Shown piece after piece: positions 41,956 to 54,075 of a DNA stretch of 64,000 nucleotides. Position numbers and translations under genes: made by a program. The stretch is from the NCBI RefSeq assembly GCF_018350175.1, contig NC_058368.1, positions 86,058,001-86,122,000 of the forward strand, read 5' to 3'. This stretch comes from Felis catus. Lineage: Eukaryota. The notes under the pieces are model-generated. The model did no database searches. It was not told the origin of the DNA and saw nothing but the letters and a program-made list of their open reading frames with translations. Position 1 is the stretch's first letter. Every line of letters begins with the position of its first letter.

Positions 41956-42725
41956 TTAGAGAAAAACTATGATATCACATGAATGGTGACAGATTTTTGT
42001 TAAAAAAGAACATAGATGACTTCCAAACACTAAACACAGAACACGCAAACACACACAAACACAAATACACATGCACACACACAAACTCTTTGGTAATGCA
42101 GCAAAAATGTCTATAATATGATAAAATTAATAGCCACTTTACATTAAAGATAAAACACTCCCAATGCTTCCCATCAATTATACGATCAGGATATTAAATA
42201 CTATGTAACATGCTTGTTTTGTTCAACATCTTCCTGGAAGCAGTGGCCATGCATATTGGGGTAACATTCCAGCAACCAAAAAGATAGAAACTTCTGGGAA
42301 ACAAGCAAAAATAAGTATTTGCGTATGATATAAGTAACTTGGTATATGTTTGAATTTAACTGGAAAGCTATAAGAATGCTCAGGAAGTAGAGGGGACACA
42401 CAATTGATATAGAAAAATGAAGGATCATAAACAGTTAGAAATACTACTTTTATAAATTTACAATGTAGCAAAATTTACACATTTCTTCCTCATCAGGAAG
42501 ATTGCAATATTTGTATAAGGACAATTTTCCCCTGAACTTTATGAAAGAGGAGGCAAGTCAATGAATTATGTTTCTAGTTGGAAAGGTAGAATATAGAATA
42601 TAAGTAAAATATATATTTTTTATTCATCTTCATGTACTCTAAAATATTATGAAATTCAGATTCAAATTCTCATTTCTTAAGATTCCTTTTGGGGTTGGGG
42701 CGCCTGGGTGTCTCAGTCAGTTAAG

Positions 42726-45470
42726 CCTCTGTTAATTGGCCATATCACTTATATTCTGTCATGTTTTCTATCTACCCCTGCCTTGTCTCTTATAAACACT
42801 TTGCTGCCGATTTCCTATACATGCCTCCTGTGTTTTTTCCAAGTCTCTAGTCTCCTCCTTCATTGCTTCTTCTTTTGTGAGTCCAATCTGGAATAGGTTT
42901 TGAGAAACCTGGGAGAATGTTGCCTGAGTCTCATTGTATGTGAACTTTTCTCCCTCATTTATTCACCAGGTTAATGGTTATGCCAGTTAGAGCCAATTAT
43001 CTGGTTCAGCTACCTCTGCACAGGGACTGTAAGGAATATTCCCAAGCAGTGGCCAAAACTTCTTTTGTTCCAGGGAAGTTCCCTGTCTTCTCCAGGTCGA
43101 CATGGACTGCCTATTTTTGCTTTTTGTTGGAGGAAAGAAATATGTGTCTGTTCCTCTATCCAGGTTGTTGAGCTTTAGGACTGGGAGTCTTCTTTGTCTT
43201 CACTGTGAGCTTTTATCCTCCCCTAGGCTTGCTGGTAGTACCTCAACTCTTCTGTTTCCACCTACCCCTCCTCCTGTTTCTGCACCACCATGGGTGCAGC
43301 AAGCATAACTGGCTCCTGTACCAGTCTCCATGCCTCCAGTGCCAGTGGCTCTGCTCCTTGTATCCTTGTTATCTAGGAGCAAAGAGCACCCTAAGCTGTT
43401 GCAACACCTTCTTATGAGGTTCAAACCAGACATGTCCCTAATAAACATGAAAGGGCCCAAGGGTCCTCTTGGATTTAATCTACCCACCCCATCTCCCCAC
43501 AGGTGCTGCACATCTGTCCACATGGACAGTGGGAACAAGGTGACTGGCTCTTATGTCGACCTAGGTGCAAAATTTTCAATATTGAAACTCATATAAGTTT
43601 GTTAGTTCAATTATAGTAGACTTGTCTTTAGATTTATCAGCATTAAGTATAACTTTTCTTCTACCAAGGTTTACTAAAGGCAAACATCTGGACAATTTTC
43701 AGGTCATTAGGTCAACATAATGGGAAAAGTTGTATGAAAAACAGATTTCTTCTGAGCTGTGGGGAATAAGCTTAGGAATTCCCTGGGTTTTCACAGACAG
43801 GTTAATAAGGCATAAAGAATTAGAAAGTCACAGGATGCTCACACCCAAATTTAGGTAAACAAGATTAAGTAAATAGGTATAGAAAGGGCAGGGCAAAGGT
43901 CCCAGTATAGAGAGCACAGGGCAAAGGCTCCAAAACAAACTTATATGAGGTAAACAAGATTAGGTATTCAGAGCAGAAACACACCCAACTTAGTACTATA
44001 GCAGAAAGCTGCTTTCACAGGAAGGAAGAACCAAATCAGGTAAACAGGTAAATAGGGCTATAGACTGCTGTGGGGCAAAGTTGCCCAGAGTGGAGCTAAT
44101 TAGCAAAGGAAAGGTGCCTTGTTGACCCTGAGGTAGCTTGCTCTATCTTGTCCCCTAGACCAGTTTAGGTAAACAGAGGTGGTACCTCATGTCTGCTGTA
44201 AACAAACTTCCACAGGGCCACCTGGCACCAGGATTTTGTTTGTATTATTTCAAACCCCCAGCCCCGAATATCTTCAAAACCTCCTTTCCCTCACTTCCAT
44301 GAGTTAATGTTCACGGTTTCATTGTCTCTTTGTGCACATCCATCACCATGTTTGTAAGCCTTTTGATCATAATAAAAACGGAGGAAGGACCCTTAATTGG
44401 AGCTCTTCTCTTCCCCCAGACATTAGCCATCTCTTGCATTTTAATCCTGAATCCTGCTTTCTTGCTCGACAAGAAAGAACCCTAGACCCAGAGTGTAGGA
44501 CACTGAGCTAAGTTCCAGGGTAAAGAAAAACACAGCTGTTCCTTCGTCTTATTAACCTACACCTGGCCAAGGAAACAGACCTGAGAGAAGAAGGGTCCTG
44601 ATGCTCACACATAAAGGCTGCCTCCCAGTTGGGGGTCTCAGTGCTGGAAGGCCAGACCTCTTCCTCCCATGAGCTATCATGGGTCACAGTCCTGAATTTT
44701 GGTTCACTTACATTCACACCGTTTTTAAAATACTGTGAACATGATTCCCAAACAGAAAACTGACTTGTTTGGCCACTCACATAGGGGAAAGTGAAAGCAG
44801 GAAGTAAGTGGACTCTGAACAAAGTTACTCATGCTTCAAATAGTAAAGGATCAAATAAGAAAGAAGATTAAAGCAGGGTTATTGATAACATGATGAAACA
44901 ATCTCCTTACAGAATGAAGATAACTTTAACCCTAAATTCTTCATTTCAGTATGGAGATTGGTTTTCTGAATTAGAATTTAAACCACTCTTTTACTCTTTC
45001 AAGGAAAACAAAATTAGTGACATTCAAGTTGTCTTAATTGGCAGAAGGCAAACATGAACAGTGTCACATAATACAGACAGGAGTTCTGTGCACAAGTACA
45101 GAGGTTGTGAGATGCCTGGACCTCAACATCTCACTAGAGAGGGTGTTTCAGGGATGAATTTTAGTAGAGGGAGTCTTCTCCTTTCATCCTACTTTTGGGA
45201 ATAAGCATGGGAGCACCTGTGCTACATATTTTAGCTCCAATATGTACACAAAAATCAAAAATCAAGAGTAAAAATGAAAAAAAATAAACTAGTTACAAAA
45301 CTGGGCCAAACAACCTAAATAGGCCTGGTTTACGGTTTCTCTATGTTAGCCATAGACTATATGTGGGTAATAAATACTTATATGAATATATGTACACCAT
45401 CACTAGCCACAAAGAAAATATGAAATTAAACCATTATGAGATATCATTGCACATCTGTTGTAGCAAATTA
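42726..45470 (+). repeat. Left arm of the inverted duplication (ERV gag fragment 42726-43683, unique segment, start of an old L1), interrupted by a solo LTR
   Basis: Reverse-complement match to 62050-60780 and 54075-53015. Paired peptides in the ORF track: YLVQLPL at 42974(+)/61624(-) and SRSKEHPKLLQHLL at 43330(+)/61160(-). Confidence 0.92.
43758..44502 (+). mobile_element. Solo LTR, 745 bp, 6 bp TSD (class II/betaretrovirus-like by TSD length)
   Basis: Starts TG, ends CA, flanked by CTGAGC at 43752-43757 and 44503-44508; AATAAA at 44371-44376; empty site in the paralogous arm (~53982-53987). Confidence 0.88.
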
Positions 45471-47755
45471 ACATTGTGGGTTTTTTTGTTATGTTTTTTG
45501 TTCTTGTTGTTGTTGTTTTTAAGTGACAATGCCAATAGTTGTAATGGTACAGATAAACTAGATCAATCATACATTGTTAATGTGAATGTAAAATGGTACA
45601 CATGCTCCAAAAAATAGTTTTATAAATTCTAATAAAACTAAACATCCCAATGCCACATAACACTAAAATTTTATTTTATTTTACATTTTATATTATATTA
45701 CATTTTATTTTATTTTATTTTATTTATTTTATTTTTTATTTTATTTTTTAATACAATATTGTCAAGGTAGCTAATATATAGTGTATACAGGGTGCTCTTA
45801 GTTTTAGGAGTACATTCCCATGATTCATCGCTTACATGCAACACCCAGTGTTCATCTCAGCAAGTGCACTCCTCAATGCCCATCACCCGGTTTCCTCCTT
45901 CCCCCTCATCCATCAAACATCAGTTTGTTTTCTGTATTCAAGGGTCTCTTATGGTTTGCCTCCCTCTCTGAAATTATTACCTTCCCCCATGGTCTTCTGT
46001 TAAGTTTCTCAAGTTCCACGTGTGAGTGAAAAAATGTGATATCTTTCTCTTACTTACTTCACTTAGCATAACACCCTCCAGTTCCATCCATATTGTTGCA
46101 AATGGCAGCATTAACAAGCAGTATTCCATTTCATATATAAATCACATCGTCTTTATCCATTCATCAGCTGATGGATATTTGTCCTCTTTCCATAATTTGG
46201 CTATTGTTGACAGTGCTGTTACAAACATTAGGGTACATGTGCCTCTATGAATCAGCACTCCTGTATCCTTTGGATAAATTCCTAGTAGTCCTATTGCTGT
46301 GTCATAGGGTTGGTCAATTTTAATTTTGCGAGGAACCTCTACAATGTTTTCCAGAGTGGCTGCAACAGTGTGCATTCCCACCAGCAGTGTAAGAGGGTTC
46401 CCATTTCTCCACATCCTCGCCAACATCTGTTGTTGCCTGAGTTGTTAATTTTAGCCGCCTGACTGGTGTTAGGTGGTATCTCAGTGTGGTTTTGATTTGT
46501 ATTTTCCTAATGATGGATGATGTTCCACATCATTTCATGTGTCTGTTGGCTATCTGGATGTCTTCTTTGGAAAAGTGTCTATTCATGTCTTCTGCCATTT
46601 CTTCACTGGATTATTTGTTTTTGTTTTTTTTGTTTTTTTGTTTTTTTTTTTTGGTGTTGAGTTTGGTAAGTTATTTATAGATTTTGGATAATAAACCTTT
46701 ATCCAATATGTCATTGAAAATATCTTCTCCCATTCCATCAGTTTCCTTTCAGTTTTGTTGATCGTTTCCTTTACAGTGCAGCAGCTTTTTATCTTGATGA
46801 GGCCCCAATAGTTCATTTTTGCTTTTATTTCGCTTGCCTTCAGAGATGTGTTGAGCAAGAGATTGCAGCAGCTGAGGTCAAAGTGGTTGTTGCCTATTTT
46901 CTCCTGTAGGGTTTTAATGGTTTCTGGTCTCACATTTAGGTCTTTCATCCATTTTGAGTTTATTTTTGTGTATGGCATAAGAAAGCGGTCCAGTTTCATT
47001 TTTTTTTTTTTTTTTTGCATGTTGCTGTCCCGTTCTCCTAATATTTTAATTCTTGGCAATATTCACAAAGAAATAAAAACTATGTTCAAAAAAGTTGTGT
47101 ACAGAAATGTCCATAAGCTTAATCTGTATTAGTCAGAATTTTGAAGTAATCCTAATATACTTCAATGGGTGAATAGTTGTACTGTGGCACATCCATACTA
47201 TGATATACTACTCATTAATGGAAAGGAAACTGTTGGTACACGAATCAACTTCATGGATCCAAATGGAATTACACTGTGAAAAACTCTAATGACATAAATT
47301 ATATACTGCATGTGTCTAGCCATATAATGTTTTCTAAATTATAAAATTACATTAATGTGGATTAATTAAGTATTTCACATAGGTTAGGGACTGTGAATAG
47401 TATTGAGGTGTAGGGTCGAAGACAAATGCGACTTAAAAAGTGTAACACAAGAGATCTTTTTTGGTGATCATACCTTTGTATTTCCTGGTTGAGGTTGTTA
47501 CTCACATTACACATAAGTTAAATTGTAAAAAACTCAAACACACAAAAAGAAGTCAGTGAGCACATTAAAGCAGTAACACCTGAAAAATTTCTGTGGATTG
47601 TAGTCAATTCAGTTTCATAGTTAATGACATTATGCTGGAGTTCAACAAAATATTACCACAGAGGGAGACGGGAAGGAACTTCCTATACCAATTCTGTTAC
47701 TTTTCATAAGTCTATGATTACTTCAAAATTAAAAAAAATAAAATACAAAATTTAA
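45250..47755 (+). mobile_element. Ancient L1M 3' region, interrupted by a younger antisense L1
   Basis: AATGTGAATGTAAAATGGTACA...; resumes at ~47038 (TTCTTGGCAATATTCACAAAGAAATAAAAACTATGTTC) and ends in an A-rich tail. Confidence 0.7.
45668..47037 (-). mobile_element. 5'-truncated carnivore L1, antisense
   Basis: (ATTTT)n tail at 45668-45750; ORF2 peptides [21 protein letters not shown]; imperfect TSD CTAA(A/T)ATTTTA. Confidence 0.9.
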
Positions 47756-47767
47756 GAAAGACAGTCA

Positions 47768-48240
47768 TAGGTGCACTTGGGTGGCTCAGTGGGCTAAGCA
47801 TATTTTGGCTCAGGTCATGATCTTGTGCTTCCTGAATTAAAGCCCCACATTATGCACTGTGCTGACAGCTCTGAGCCTGGAGCCTGTTGCAGATTCTGTG
47901 TCTCCTTCTCTATCTGCCCCCCTCCCACTTGCACTCTGTCTCTCTCTCTCAAAAATAAATAAACATTAAAAGAAGAGGAAAAAGTCATAGAAAAAGCATT
48001 GATACTAAATAATAAAAGTTGATTTTATATATAGGGGCGCCTGAGTGGCACAGTTGGGCGTCCGACTTTGGCTCAGGTAATAATCTTGCGGTTTGTGAGG
48101 TCGAGCCCTGCATCCGGCTCTGTGCTGATAGCTCAGAGCCTGGAGCCTGCTTCAGATTCTGTGTCTCCCTCTCCCTCTGCCCTTCCCCTGCTCATGCTCT
48201 GTCTCTCTCTGTCAATAATAAATAAACGTTAAAAAAAATT
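47768..48240 (+). mobile_element. Two CAN-SINEs (~47768-47972 and 48033-48240)
   Basis: SINE heads, CT tracts, AATAAA tails. Confidence 0.9.
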
Positions 48241-48244
48241 AAAA

Positions 48245-50371
48245 CACACCATGAGAAACTTAAAATAATATAAATCATATAAACTGTTCTCAGACTCAAT
48301 GAAATTAACAATGAAATAAAGAGAATGATAACTTTGAAACTTAAAAATACTTGGGCACCAACTGATTTAAACACAACATATGTGTCATGGAAGAAGTCTC
48401 TAAAAATTCAAAATAATTTTGAATAGATAAAAATAGAAATACATCTTATCAAAATGTGTGGGATGCAGCAAAAACAGTGATTAGAAATGTTTGTTAACAT
48501 TAAATAAATATATTAGAAAAGAAGGAAAACTAAAATCAATAATCTAACCCGCCTTAAAAAAACTGGAAAAAGAAATGCAAATTACATTTAAATAAAGAGA
48601 ATAAGGTAAATACAAATTAGAGTAGAAGTCAATATAATTGAATCAAGATATAAATAAAGGAAATCAACAAAAACAAGAGCTTTTGATTAATTTTAATTAC
48701 TTTAATTAATTTTAATTAATTGAAATAATAATTAAAATTGATTAAAGCTCTAACCTGAAAGAAAACTAACTTAAAGATCATTGATATTAGAAATTCATAC
48801 TAGAAAAAAGTATGGTATCACTCAATTCAAACAGTTAAATATTTAAATATTAATAAATGAACATGTTTTTCTTTTAAGTTTTTATTAAAATTCCAATTAG
48901 TTAACATACAGTGTTATATTAGTTTCAGGTATAGACTTTAGTGATTCATCATTTATATAAAACACCCAGGGGCGCCTGGGTGGCGCAGTCGGTTAAGCGT
49001 CCGACTTCAGCCAGGTCACGATCTCGCGGTCCGTGAGTTCGAGCCCCGCGTCAGGCTCTGGGCTGATGGCTCGGAGCCTGGAGCCTGTTTCCGATTCTGT
49101 GTCTCCCTCTCTCTCTGCCCCTCCCCCGTTCATGCTCTGTCTCTCTCTGTCCCAAAAATAAATAAAAAATGTTGAAAAAAAATAAAAAAAAATTAAAACA
49201 CCCAATGCTCATCACAAGAGCCCTCCTTAATATACATCACCTATCTAACCCATTCCACTGCCCACTTACCCTCCAGTAACCCTTAATTTGTTCTCTGTAC
49301 TTAAGAGTCTGTTTCCTGGTTTGCCTTTTTTTTTTACCCCCTTATCTTCATCAGTTTTGCTTCTTAAAGTCTACATAAGTGAAATCATATGTACTTCTTT
49401 CTCTGACTAACTTATTTCACTGAGCACAGCACACTCTAGCTTCATCCATGTCCTTGTAAATGACAGTATTTTATTCTTTTTGATGGTTGAGTAATATTAC
49501 ATTACACACACACACACACACACACATACATACATATGCCACAACAGCTGTATCCATTCATCAGCCAATGGACATTTGGGCTCTTCCATAATTTAGCTAT
49601 TGTTGAGAGCACTGCTATAAACTTTGGGATGCACTTCCACCTTCAAATCAGTATTTTGTATCCTTTGGGTGAATGCCTAGTACTGAATTTCTGGATGGTA
49701 AGGTATTTCTATTTTTAACTTTTTAAGGAGCCTCCGTTCTGTTTTCCAGAGTGGCTGCAATAGTTTGCACTCCCACCAACTGTGAAAGAGGGTCCCATTT
49801 CTCTGCATCCTTGACAACACCTGTTGTTTTTGTGTTGTTAATTTTAGGCTTTCTGACATGTGAGAGGTGGTATCTCATTGTGGCTTTTATTTGCTTTTCC
49901 CTGATGATGAGTGGTGTTGAGCATCTTTTAATGGAACTTTTAGACATCTGTATAGTCTTTTTGAAAAATGTCTGTTCATGTCATCTGCCCATTTCTTAAC
50001 TGGATTATTTGGTTTTGGGTGTTGAGTTTGATAGGCTTTGTATATATTTGAATACTAACCCTCTTCAGATATGTAATTGGCAAATAGCATCACCCATCTC
50101 CCAATTGAGTGTTTTTGTCATTAAAGGGTGATGGAATATATCAATTTTTTGCATCAACTGAGATGTTAATGTATTTTCCATCTTTCTATTAACATGGCTT
50201 CATGTTGTATTACATGCTTTGATGTTGTATGTTGATAGTTCTTGAATTCCAGGAATAAATCCTACTTGATCATGGTATACAATCCTTTAATATGTTGCTT
50301 AATTTAGTTTGCTAGTGTTTTTTTTAAATTTTTTTTATTTTTCTAAATACATATTTTTAAAGTTTCATTAT

Positions 50372-50418
<47 letters not shown>

Positions 50419-52835
50419 GGGAGGAATAGAGAGAGAGGGAGACACACAATCTGAAGCAGGTTCCAGGCTCGGAGCTGTCAGCACAGAACTCAACGTGGGG
50501 CTCAAACCCACAAAGTGTAAGATCATGACCTGAGCCAAAGTCAGATGCCTAACCGACTGAGCCACCCAGGTGCGCCACTAGTGTTTATCTTAAAATTTTT
50601 ACCAATATTCATCAGGAATATTGGTCTGTGACTTTTTTCATGTAGTATCTGTATCTTTTTTCAGTGTAAAGACAATTATGGCTTCTTCGAATGAATTCAG
50701 AAGTGTTTTATACTTTTAATTTTTTAGAAGAATTTGAGGAATTTTGGTGTTATATTTTCTTTAAATATTTGGGAACTAGAATATATTATGTTAAGCAAGT
50801 AAGTCAGAGAAAGACAAATATGATATGACTTCACTTATATGTGGAATTTAAGAAACGAAACAGATGTACATAGGGGAAGGGAAAGAAAAAATAAGAGAAA
50901 AAAAACAGAGAGAGGGGAAAAATATGACATTCTTAAATACAGAGAACAAACTGAGGGTTGCTGGAGGAGGGATGTTATGTAGGGGGGATGTTCTAAATGC
51001 GTGATGGGCATTAAGGAAGGCACATGTTGGGATGAGCACTGCGTGTTGTATGTAAGTGATGAAACACTAAATTCTGCTGCTCCTGAAACCATTTATTACA
51101 CTATATGTTAACTAAATTTATGCTTTAAATAAAATTTAAATAAAACGTATAAATCACGTAGCACAAAAGAAACTCCCCAAACATGAAAAGGCCAAAAATG
51201 AAGTTGTAAAACTGCTGCAAAGATAAAGGGAATAGATCCTAAGTCACCTTAAGTTTAAGTTTTAGTCATGCTTCTCTCAATTTATAGAAGCAACAGACTG
51301 ACAGGGATTCAGACTGACCTAAAGTTAAATCATGAATTTAGTATTCATTAAGTATATAACTTTTGCCCAGGTACACAAAGACAAGGCTCAGTCTTTCTTT
51401 TCTTTTTTTTTTTCTTTTTAAAGTTTATTTTAGAGAGATAGAGACACTATGGATGGGAAAGGGTGGACCGAGAGGAGAGAAAGAATCCCAAGCAGGTTCA
51501 TCACTGACAGTGCAGAGCCTGATGTGGAGCTCGAACTCACGAAACTTAAGATCATGACCTGAACCAATCAACAAGGAGTGTAAATTAGAAACTTAAGTTT
51601 TCTAATTTATACAAGTAATAATGTATGTAATGTGAGTAGGAATTAATATTAAGTGTATGGTTCAGACACATTTCCTCCCTATCATCTATGGGCTTTGCTT
51701 TGCATGTCTGTTCCACTTTTAAATATTTGTTTTTAATTTTTAGTCTGATTATTTCTACACCTCCTTATGAGAGTGTGATGCTGATGTTCTTTCCATCTCT
51801 TAGAATCTCTTTCTTGACTTTTGTATGCAATGTAATCTTTTTTATTGAAAGCTGGGCCTAAATACAAGGTAAAAACATTGAGGTAGGTAGGCTTTCAGGG
51901 GGAAATTTTATGTTTATCTGGCTAGGAGTTAGTCTGTGTCTACTGTTTGCTCTAGCTGTAGGTGTCAAAGGCTAAAATGTCTGCTATTTTTTAACTCTCC
52001 TTTTGCATTTGGGTCTCCATAGAGATTTCTACTTCAATAAGATCTGAAACATGTGTTTCTTTTGTATTTCTTTGTTATTTTACAGGATGCTTATTGATGT
52101 GGTGGTAAGGTAAGGATAAAGGGCATACTTTATTTCTATAATTAGGTTCCAATCTTTTAGTGTGCCTGTGGCTTTGCACAACACTTTGTATAAGACTTTC
52201 AAAGCTGTCCCCCTTTTCCTACCATTAGGTGTGACAGCATGGTTAATAGGGGCTAGGCTGAGGCTGGGTATTTTGCTCCCAAGTTTGCTAAAGCTCTGGT
52301 AAATCTAGTTTTTAGGCTTTGTTAAAATAGTTTCTTTTGCGAACAAGCCTTTTAGGAACAGGATGATTGGGGCAGATTTTGAAATGATTTTTTTTTTTTT
52401 TACTTTTCCTACTGCTTGTATGATGGAGGACATTTTTCTTCAATCTTCACTATGATAATCTAGAAAAGCTCCTGGATGTAAAATTCAGAAAACTGTATAG
52501 GTCCCCTTAAGAAGGACTTCTTTCTTTTAAGGTTTAACTCTCAAGTTTATCTATCTCAAACCTCCAGCATTCATCCATTACAGTTTAACTTTTTTCCTGA
52601 GTTCTCTTGATGGTTCCTACCATGATAAACTGATTCTCTATATCTGTCTGTTGGGCTTTAACTTTGGAGCAGGTGTTTTCTCTGTGATATCAACTTTCTG
52701 ATGGACCAAAGAAGAGTTGATCCTTTTCAGTTTGTCTTTGAGTTTGTGTGTGTATGTGTTGTGTGTGTCTTGTTGTGAGAATTGGAGTGAGGACTTCCAC
52801 GTTCTTTCCTTACATGCCAGACTGAAAACCACAAT
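48245..52835. mobile_element. Mosaic of L1 fragments (48245-48850 +; 48870-50095 -; 50100-50765 -; 50770-51150 +; ~51650-52835 ancient, -) with SINEs at 50340-50577 and ~51390-51565 (-)
   Basis: Recognisable L1 ORF2 and 3'UTR blocks in both orientations; the last block is only tentatively L1. Confidence 0.7.
48969..49193 (+). mobile_element. Very young felid SINE (near-consensus SINEC_Fc)
   Basis: CpGs largely intact; perfect 11 bp TSD TAAAACACCCA (48958-48968 and 49194-49204). Confidence 0.96.
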
Positions 52836-53014
52836 CTCTGAGAGTTTATTTATTTTAAATATCAGTGTGGCTTAAGGATATAGAAATTAATGCACATACT
52901 AACTACAATGTTCAATGAATAAGTCAAGAGTGTCGTCTAATTTCCAAAAAGGCTTCAACAAGAAAGGGTTTTTGAAATTAGAAAATGCTCTTCTATAAAA
53001 AGAAAAAAAAATAA

Positions 53015-54075
53015 GTTTTTTGCTACAACATATGAGTAGTGATATCTCATCAAGGTTTTCTTTCATATTTTCTTTATGGCTAATTATGTCATAAATATTT
53101 TCATGCAAGTATTTATATGCCTATTCCTTCTCTGTAGCTAACAAAGTAACCATAAAACAGGACGGACTGTTTATGTTGTTTGGCCCCATTTTGTAACTAG
53201 TTTATTTTTTTTTTTCATTTTTACTCTTCATTTATGATGTTTGTGTGTATATCAGGGCTAAAATATGTAGCACAGGAGCTCCCATGCTTACTCCCAAATG
53301 TAGGATCAAATAAGGAGAATTTTCCACTGCTAAAACACATTCCTGAAAGACCCTCTCTCTCCAGATGCTGAGGTCTACACATCTCACAACCTCTGTACTT
53401 GTAAACAGAGCTTCTGTCTGCATTATGTGACACTGCTCATGCTTGCCTTCTGCCAAGTAAGACAACTTGAATCTCACTCATTTCATTTTCCTTGAAACAG
53501 TAAAAAAGTGGTTCAAATTCTAAATCAGAAAACCAATCTTGATACTGAAATGAAGAGTTTAGGGTTAAAGTTTTCTTCATTCAGTAAGGTGATTATTTCA
53601 TCCTATTATCAATAACCCTGCTTTAATCTTCTTCCTTATTTGGTCCTTACTATTTAAAGCATGAGTCAGTTTGTTCAGAGTCCACTTACTTCCTGCTCCA
53701 CTTACCCCTATGTGACTGGCATAACAAGTTAGTTTTCTGTTTGGGAATCAGATTCACATTATTATAGAAACGGTGTGAATATAAGTGAACCAAACTTCAG
53801 GACTGTGACCCATGATAGCTCATGGGAGGATAGAGGTCTGACCTTCCAGGACTGAGACCCCGACTGGGATGCAACCTTTCTGTGTGAGCATCAGGACCCT
53901 TCTTCTCTCAGTTCTGCTTTCCCGGCCAGGTGAAGGTGAGTAGGACAGAGGAATGACTATTTTTCACTACTGTGGATCTTCGCTCAGAAGTCATTTTTTC
54001 CATAGAACATTCCTTGGACTTCAGCTTTTTTCCCATTATCTAGATGTGAATACTTGAGAATTGTTCTCATTTCAG
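53015..54075 (-). repeat. Right arm, inner part, of the inverted duplication
   Basis: Reverse complement of 43684-43757 plus 44503-45470 (shared block CCTCCCATGAGCTATCATGGGTCACAGTCCTGAA). Confidence 0.93.

Noticed and set aside
42974..43596. Paired ORFs (LVQLPL..., SKEHPKLLQHLL...) here and at 61160-61899 as a new gene family
   Set aside because: They lie just downstream of the gag MA remnant within the ERV and are short and fragmented; best explained as duplicated ERV remnants
44508..44822. 104 aa ORF in the conserved duplicated core as a novel protein
   Set aside because: Non-ATG start, no recognisable domain, and the paralogous copy has an indel and stop early in the frame
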